A stretch of DNA of 64,000 nucleotides, taken from NCBI GenBank assembly GCA_031414955.1, contig JANOQV010000102.1:23774-87773 (forward strand), written 5' to 3'. Made by a program: the position numbers and the translations under genes. This DNA comes from Pedosphaera sp. (GTDB lineage: Bacteria > Verrucomicrobiota > Verrucomicrobiia > Limisphaerales > SIBH01). This document shows, piece after piece, positions 60,062-64,000 of the stretch (position 1 is the first letter of the stretch; the number at the start of each line of letters is the position of its first letter). The notes beneath the pieces were generated by a model. It worked only from the letters and a program-made list of their open reading frames with translations, was not told where the DNA came from and searched no databases.

Positions 60062-61744
60062 ATGAGCGAGACCACCGCGACCGTCGAGACACCGAAACCG
60101 ACCCACAACGAGGTCATTAAGGCCGCCATCCCCACGCTGGCCGGCAACATCGCCGCCACGGTGGCGAGCGGCACGGATCAGTTCGCCGCCGATGACCAGC
60201 AGTTCATTAAGTTCCACGGCATCTATCAGCAGGACGACCGCGACCTGCGCAAGACGGCGAAGAAATTCATGATGATGATCCGCGGGCGCATTCCCGGCGG
60301 CGTGATGTCGCCGGCGCAGTGGATCACCTTCGATGATCTCGCGACGACTCACGGCAACAACACGTTGCGCATCACCACGCGGCAGAGCATCCAATTTCAC
60401 GGCGTCGTGATGTCGGGGCTGGGCGCGCTGATCAAAAAGATCAACGAGTCGCTGCTCTCCACGCTCGCGGCCTGCGGCGACGTGAACCGCAACGTGACGG
60501 CTTCCTGCACGCCTTCGCAAACCGAAGCGCGTGCGGAGATGATGAAGGACTGCCATCGCATCGTGGACGCGCTCGCGCCGAAGACGAAGGCGTATCACTC
60601 GATCTGGATCGACAACGTGCAGTTGAAACTCGACGACGCGGAGAACAAGGACTTCGTCGATCCGCTCTACGGCCAGACCTACCTGCCACGCAAATTCAAG
60701 ACGGCGTTCGTGCTGCCGCCCGTGAACGACATGGACATCTTCACGAACGATCTCGGCTTCATCGCCATCGTCGAGAATGGGAAACTCGTGGGCTACAACC
60801 TCTGCGTCGGTGGTGGCATGGGCCGCAGTCACGGGAACGCGGAAACCTACGCGCGCCTCGCGGACGTGATTGGCTACTTCCCGAAAGAACACGTCGTGGA
60901 AGTGGCGAAAGCCGTGTTGACCATTCATCGCGATTTCGGCGACCGCACCGACCGCAAGCACGCGCGCCTGAAATACGTCGTGGCCGAGCGCGGTGTAGAA
61001 TTTATCCGTGAGCAGGTCAACCAGCGCGCGGAAATCAAACTGGCCCCGGCGCGCGACTACCATTTCACCACCACCGGCGATGTCTATGGCTGGCACAAGG
61101 CGCTGGACGGCTCGTGGTTCTTCACACTCTTCGTCGAGACCGGCCGCATCAAGGAAGCGAAGAAACTCGCGCTGCGCAAAATCGCGGAGCAGTTCGCGGA
61201 CGTAGAATTCCGTCTCTCCGCGAACCAGAACGTCCTCGTCGCCAACGTCGCCGAAGCCGACAAGGCCGCCATCAATGCCGTCTTCGCCGAGCACGGCGTG
61301 AAGACCGACGCTCAGGCGAGCGTGCTCCACGCCGCGTCGATGGCCTGCCCGTCCCTGCCGACCTGCGGACTCGCGCTCGCCGAGTCCGAGCGCATGTTGC
61401 CCGGACTCGTGGACCGCATCGAAAAGCTCTGTGTCGAGGCCGGACTCGCGGGCGAGGAAATCATCATCCGCTCGACCGGCTGCCCGAACGGCTGCGCGCG
61501 CCCCTACATGGCGGAGATGGCCTTCGTCGGCAAAGCCCCCGGCCGCTACCAACTCTGGCTCGGCGGCAACGCCTCCGGCACCCGCCTCAACCGCGTCTTC
61601 AAAGACGTGATCAAGGAAGCCGACGTGGAAACCGAACTGCGCCCTCTCCTCACGCGCTTCGGGAAGGAGCGGAACAGCGGCGAGCGTTTCGGCGACTGGT
61701 GCGACCGGGTGGTGTTGAAGGAACAAACGACGACAGCAAACTGA
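60062..61744 (+). CDS. cysI: Sulfite reductase hemoprotein subunit
   Basis: KFHGIYQQDDRD, ACGDVNRN, LPRKFK, CPSLPTC and GCPNGC siroheme/FeS motifs. Confidence 0.95.
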   Translation: MSETTATVETPKPTHNEVIKAAIPTLAGNIAATVASGTDQFAADDQQFIKFHGIYQQDDRDLRKTAKKFMMMIRGRIPGGVMSPAQWITFDDLATTHGNNTLRITTRQSIQFHGVVMSGLGALIKKINESLLSTLAACGDVNRNVTASCTPSQTEARAEMMKDCHRIVDALAPKTKAYHSIWIDNVQLKLDDAENKDFVDPLYGQTYLPRKFKTAFVLPPVNDMDIFTNDLGFIAIVENGKLVGYNLCVGGGMGRSHGNAETYARLADVIGYFPKEHVVEVAKAVLTIHRDFGDRTDRKHARLKYVVAERGVEFIREQVNQRAEIKLAPARDYHFTTTGDVYGWHKALDGSWFFTLFVETGRIKEAKKLALRKIAEQFADVEFRLSANQNVLVANVAEADKAAINAVFAEHGVKTDAQASVLHAASMACPSLPTCGLALAESERMLPGLVDRIEKLCVEAGLAGEEIIIRSTGCPNGCARPYMAEMAFVGKAPGRYQLWLGGNASGTRLNRVFKDVIKEADVETELRPLLTRFGKERNSGERFGDWCDRVVLKEQTTTAN

Positions 61745-61750
61745 TCGCGC

Positions 61751-62665
61751 TTGATGAAAGTCCCGCAGCCATTTCCCTACCAGGGCAGCAAGCGCCATCT
61801 CGCGCCGGCCATCCTGGGTTATTTCTCTGAAGGCGTGGCGACGCTCATCGAGCCTTTCGCTGGGTCGGCGGCCATCACGCTCAATGCGGCGGCGCAGGAA
61901 TTGGCGGAGCGGTTCGTCATCAACGACTTGAACGAGCCGCTGATGGATTTGTGGCGGGCCATCATCGACGCGCCGGAAAAACTGGCGCGGCAATACGAGG
62001 CGTTGTGGAAGGCGCAGCACGATGACCGGCGCGGCTTTTACGTCACGGTGCGCGAGGAGTTCAACCGACGCGGCCAGCCCGACCGACTGCTCTACTTGCT
62101 CGCGCGGTGCGTGAAAGCCGCCGTGCGCTACAACGCGAATGGCGAGTTCAATCAAAGCCCGGACAATCGCCGCACCGGCATGCTCCCCGCCACGATGCGA
62201 GAGAATCTGATCGGCGTGGCGCGTCTGCTGCAAGGGCGGGCGGAGTGCGCGTCGCGCGATTACAAGGAAGTGGTCGCGCAGGCCACGGCGCGCGACCTCA
62301 TCTACATGGACCCGCCATATCAAGGCGTCTGCGGCCAGCGCGACCCGCGCTATTTGAAGGCCGTGCTGTTCGAAGAATTTGTCGAAGTGCTGGAATCGTT
62401 GAACGCGCGGGACATCAGCTATCTCGTGAGCTACGACGGGCGCACGGGCGCGCGGGTGCATGGCCGTCCGCTCCCGGCGCGGCTGGGCCTGCAACTGGTG
62501 GAACTGGACGCGGGCCGTTCCTCGCAAGCGACGTTGCTGGGCCGAGATGAAGTCACCGTCGAGTCGCTCTACATTTCTCCGGCGCTGGCGGCACGGCTGA
62601 ATCTGCGCCGCCGTTACCCGCGCCGCGCTGCCGAACAACTCGCGCTCATGGAGGGCAAGCGATGA
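61751..62665 (+). CDS. Dam/D12-class N6-adenine DNA methyltransferase
   Basis: PFPYQGSK, EPFAGSAA, INDLN, YMDPPY. Confidence 0.9.
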   Translation: MMKVPQPFPYQGSKRHLAPAILGYFSEGVATLIEPFAGSAAITLNAAAQELAERFVINDLNEPLMDLWRAIIDAPEKLARQYEALWKAQHDDRRGFYVTVREEFNRRGQPDRLLYLLARCVKAAVRYNANGEFNQSPDNRRTGMLPATMRENLIGVARLLQGRAECASRDYKEVVAQATARDLIYMDPPYQGVCGQRDPRYLKAVLFEEFVEVLESLNARDISYLVSYDGRTGARVHGRPLPARLGLQLVELDAGRSSQATLLGRDEVTVESLYISPALAARLNLRRRYPRRAAEQLALMEGKR

Positions 62666-63402
62666 GCAAGCCCAAGCTGCCCGCCGCGTTCGTGAAACTG
62701 TGCCGGGCCGTGACCGCGAAGCGTCCGAAGACGGTCATCGATCACGTCCTCAAACACGGCTTCATCACGACGGAAGACTTGAAGGAGAAATACGGCTACA
62801 ACCATCCGCCGCGCGCTGTCCGCGACGTGAAGGAGCACGGCATCCCCATCGAGATGTTTCGCGTGGTAGGCGGTGACGGACGGAAGATCGCGGCCTACCG
62901 CTTCGGCGACTCGAAGAACCTGCGCGTCGGACAACAGGCCGGACGCACGGCCTTGGGCAAGGAACTCAAACAGGAGTTGGTCAAACTGCACGGCGTGCGG
63001 TGCGCCATTTATTTAGAGCAATTTCCCAAACGCGAGTTGCAGATTGATCATCGCGTGCCGTTTGAAGTCCTCGGCGACGCCCGCACCACCGCACAGAAGG
63101 CCGAAGACTACATGCTGCTCTGTGGATCGGCGAACCGCGCGAAGTCATGGTCGTGCGAGCACTGCGTAAACTGGATCGAACTGAAGAAGCCGGAGATTTG
63201 CCGCTGCTGCTACTGGGCCTACCCGGACAGTTACACCCACATCGCGATGCGAGAGGCGAGACGCGCCGACCTCTTGTGGACCGGGCAGGAAATCGAAGAC
63301 TACGAGCGGCTGAAGCAGCGGACTATTCAGCTTCAGAAAAACATCCCTGCGTACGTGAAGGAAATCGTGGCGGAACATCTTCGCGACAAAGAGAAGAAGT
63401 AA
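62662..63402 (+). CDS. HNH endonuclease with N-terminal HTH, probable cognate restriction enzyme
   Basis: LQIDHRVP...LLCGSANRAKSWSCEHC; ATGA overlap with the MTase. Confidence 0.8.
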   Translation: MSKPKLPAAFVKLCRAVTAKRPKTVIDHVLKHGFITTEDLKEKYGYNHPPRAVRDVKEHGIPIEMFRVVGGDGRKIAAYRFGDSKNLRVGQQAGRTALGKELKQELVKLHGVRCAIYLEQFPKRELQIDHRVPFEVLGDARTTAQKAEDYMLLCGSANRAKSWSCEHCVNWIELKKPEICRCCYWAYPDSYTHIAMREARRADLLWTGQEIEDYERLKQRTIQLQKNIPAYVKEIVAEHLRDKEKK

Positions 63403-63409
63403 AAATTAA

Positions 63410-64000
63410 ATGACTCCTGAACAAATCACCCAAGCCAACGCCGAGCTGCGCCACAAGTCCGCGCTCGACATCGTGAAGTGGGCCGTCGCGCAGGCGAATG
63501 GCCGCGCCATCGTCTCGACGAATTATCGTCCTTACGAGGCGGTGATTCTCCACCTTGTCACGCAGGTGCAGCCGGACATTCGCGTGCTCTGGGTGGACCA
63601 CGGCTACAATCGCGCTGCCACTTACCAGCACGCCGAGCAGCTCAAGGCGCAGCTCAAGCTGAACATCCACGCTTACATCCCGAAGCTGACCGCCGCGCAT
63701 TACGACGCCGTCCACGGCGGGATGCCGGAGCCGACGCCGGAGAACGAGGAGCGCATCAAAGCCTTCAGCACCGTGATGAAACTGGAGCCGTTCCAGCGCG
63801 GCATGAAGGAACTCGCGCCCACCGTCTGGATCACCGCGCTCCGCAAGGTGCAGAACCCGAACCGCGCCGGACTCGACATCGTGAGCCACGACGGAAATTT
63901 TGGTTCCCTGAAAGTCAGCCCGGTCTTTTACTGGAGCGACGCGGAGATGGAAGCCTACTTGAAGCAGCACCACCTGCCGAACGAGTGGGATTACTTCGAC
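63410..64000 (+). CDS. cysH: PAPS/APS reductase, partial (runs off the right edge)
   Basis: Read manually from ATG 63410: MTPEQITQANAEL...LWVDHGYN...KLEPFQRG...WITALRKVQ...KVSPVFYWS; follows cysI. Confidence 0.85.
   Translation, partial: MTPEQITQANAELRHKSALDIVKWAVAQANGRAIVSTNYRPYEAVILHLVTQVQPDIRVLWVDHGYNRAATYQHAEQLKAQLKLNIHAYIPKLTAAHYDAVHGGMPEPTPENEERIKAFSTVMKLEPFQRGMKELAPTVWITALRKVQNPNRAGLDIVSHDGNFGSLKVSPVFYWSDAEMEAYLKQHHLPNEWDYFD

Noticed and set aside
60056..62638. 860-aa minus-strand ORF
   Set aside because: Antisense shadow of cysI and the MTase.
63323..63973. 216-aa minus-strand ORF
   Set aside because: Shadow of the + strand cysH, which the ORF track missed because it runs off the window.
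1..64000. CRISPR array, rRNA, IS transposase
   Set aside because: No regularly spaced repeats, rRNA-like sequence or transposase motifs were seen.

Overview
A high-GC bacterial window, most likely Verrucomicrobiota (inferred from protein styles, not proven). Positions 1-~54368 look like one composite genomic island integrated at the 3' end of a tRNA-Gly(CCC) (54369-54442, minus strand). Its tRNA-proximal end carries a tyrosine integrase, an excisionase-like HTH and a rolling-circle-type HUH Rep. The other boundary is not visible. Island cargo from left to right: a Ni/Co/Cu-type metal-efflux cluster preceded by a His-rich RAPP-motif leader ORF; a LexA-headed mutagenesis cassette encoding a single 1450-aa Y-family (DinB) plus C-family (DnaE2-like) polymerase fusion with both active sites intact; a GHKL-ATPase/zincin protein; a peptidase; secreted proteins; an orphan methyltransferase; a mosaic of duplicated gene fragments; and an SspBCD-SspFGH-like phosphorothioate defence operon. 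That operon has a translationally coupled three-gene cassette (ParB-CTPase, ParB-HTH-only protein, nuclease-like protein) inserted between its modification and restriction halves. The island is almost devoid of GATC, whereas the flanking chromosome is rich in it. Right of the tRNA lie a ~0.8 kb hairpin-dense non-coding stretch (candidate large ncRNA), pyrD, a methyltransferase/sulfatase-like operon, and cysI-cysH interrupted by a Dam-family MTase plus HNH nuclease pair. Family assignments come from motif recognition by eye; no database searches were run.
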